DNA of 63,774 nt, counting the filler, from Octopus bimaculoides (taxonomy: Eukaryota), in NCBI RefSeq assembly GCF_001194135.2. It is 6 parts of 6 records of this genome, joined end to end, with 100 filler letters (N's around TTAATTAATTAA, not from the genome) between each part and the next. Parts side by side here need not be neighbours in the genome. Positions count along the whole stretch, not along the records: positions 60,029 to 63,774 come from NW_026423370.1; 5 more parts are not named here. One strand, 5' to 3'. The notes under the pieces were generated by a model. It searched no databases. It worked only from the letters and a program-made list of their open reading frames with translations, and was not told where the DNA came from. This document shows positions 62,962-63,774 of this stretch, piece by piece; position 1 is the first letter of the stretch; each line of letters opens with the position of its first letter. A program made the translations under genes and the position numbers.

Positions 62962-63237
62962 GGGTTTTGAAACTGTGGTCCGCAAGGGCAGGACAGGGGG
63001 TCCGTGGACAGCAAATACTTTTTATGGGCAATTTGATTTCATATATGTGTTTTAATCAAAATCTTTTAATTGACAATAAACCTATTTGTTAAATACTGTT
63101 AAATAAATAAATGTAAAAGTATATGTTATTTTAAGCAAATATTTATGTATAAATTTCATAAGCGTTTATAAGGGGGTCCCTAAGGTAAAGCCTGAAATAT
63201 AAAGGGGTCCGCAAGTCAAAAAGTTTGAAATCCCCTG
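62962..63237. mobile_element. hAT (Charlie-like) MITE
   Basis: ggggtttgaaactgtggtccgc at the gap edge and ggggtccgcaagtcaaaaagtttgaaatcccctg at the other end: CAGGGG-type TIR with GGGGTCC subterminal motifs. Confidence 0.75.
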
Positions 63238-63774
63238 TGATAGATAGTTAAAAGATGAGGGGAGATAATCATGTCATTTACCCAGTGAATAGCGTCTCGA
63301 AATTGGAAGATGACGACTGGTTAAAAAGGAGGAGATAAATGGGGCTATGGAAAGGGGAGATAACTGTTGTTTATCATAGCTAATATGTTTACGAAATAGG
63401 GTTTCACATGGGAAGGCATACAGAACCACAAGGAAAGGAAAGCAGCAGTTAATAAGGTAAAAAGGTGTAGGGAGATAAACAGGGTCTGGAGAGAAGATAT
63501 GAAATTCAAGAATGGAGATTACCATCTGTTATTTACTCGTATTTAATAGGGGTGCAATTAAGGAGGTACCGACTCATAAAAGAGAAGACATATGTAGAGT
63601 CACAAGAGACAATAATCATCCGTTATTTACATGGGTGACAAAAAGGGGCAATCTTACGGTACGAGTCCTAAATATCGGCCTTTTCCGTTAAAAGTGTCTT
63701 CGGCGATCTTTACCAAAGATCAGCCTTTTTCCGTAACACCCGCACGATCTTCACTACGGTGTTAGGGTTAGGGT

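Overview
AT-rich, microsatellite-dense eukaryotic DNA with many N gaps. The tRNA-derived SINE families, (TA)n/(CA)n/(ATAC)n/(TAA)n tracts and N44-TTAATTAATTAA-N44 scaffold spacers point to an octopus genome, probably the Octopus bimaculoides draft (inference, not verified). I recognise no host protein-coding gene. Almost all ORFs in the supplied track are microsatellite or N-run artefacts. The real coding signal is transposon-derived: (1) an uninterrupted 432-codon Penelope-like, Naiad-type RT frame at 41.1-42.4 kb; (2) two decayed Tx1/L1-clade LINEs on the minus strand (21.9-23.9 and 28.1-32.4 kb); (3) five R4/Dong-like RLE-LINE fragments; (4) an apparently ORF1-only, HAL1-like element at 19.3-20.7 kb plus a divergent homologue at 13.9-14.5 kb, both sharing a VEGR-CX2CX4HX4C knuckle with the Tx1 ORF1; (5) an internally deleted pogo/Tigger transposon, a hAT transposase relic and two MITEs. 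Three decayed hammerhead-ribozyme-like motifs of the Penelope pseudo-LTR type occur at 15.2, 39.6 and 39.9 kb. The best leads are the intact PLE RT, the ORF1-only family, the hammerhead cluster, microsatellite-specific targeting by different retroelements, and a possible horizontally transferred pogo. Candidate host exons are listed only as low-confidence leads. All translations and alignments were done by eye, with no database searches.
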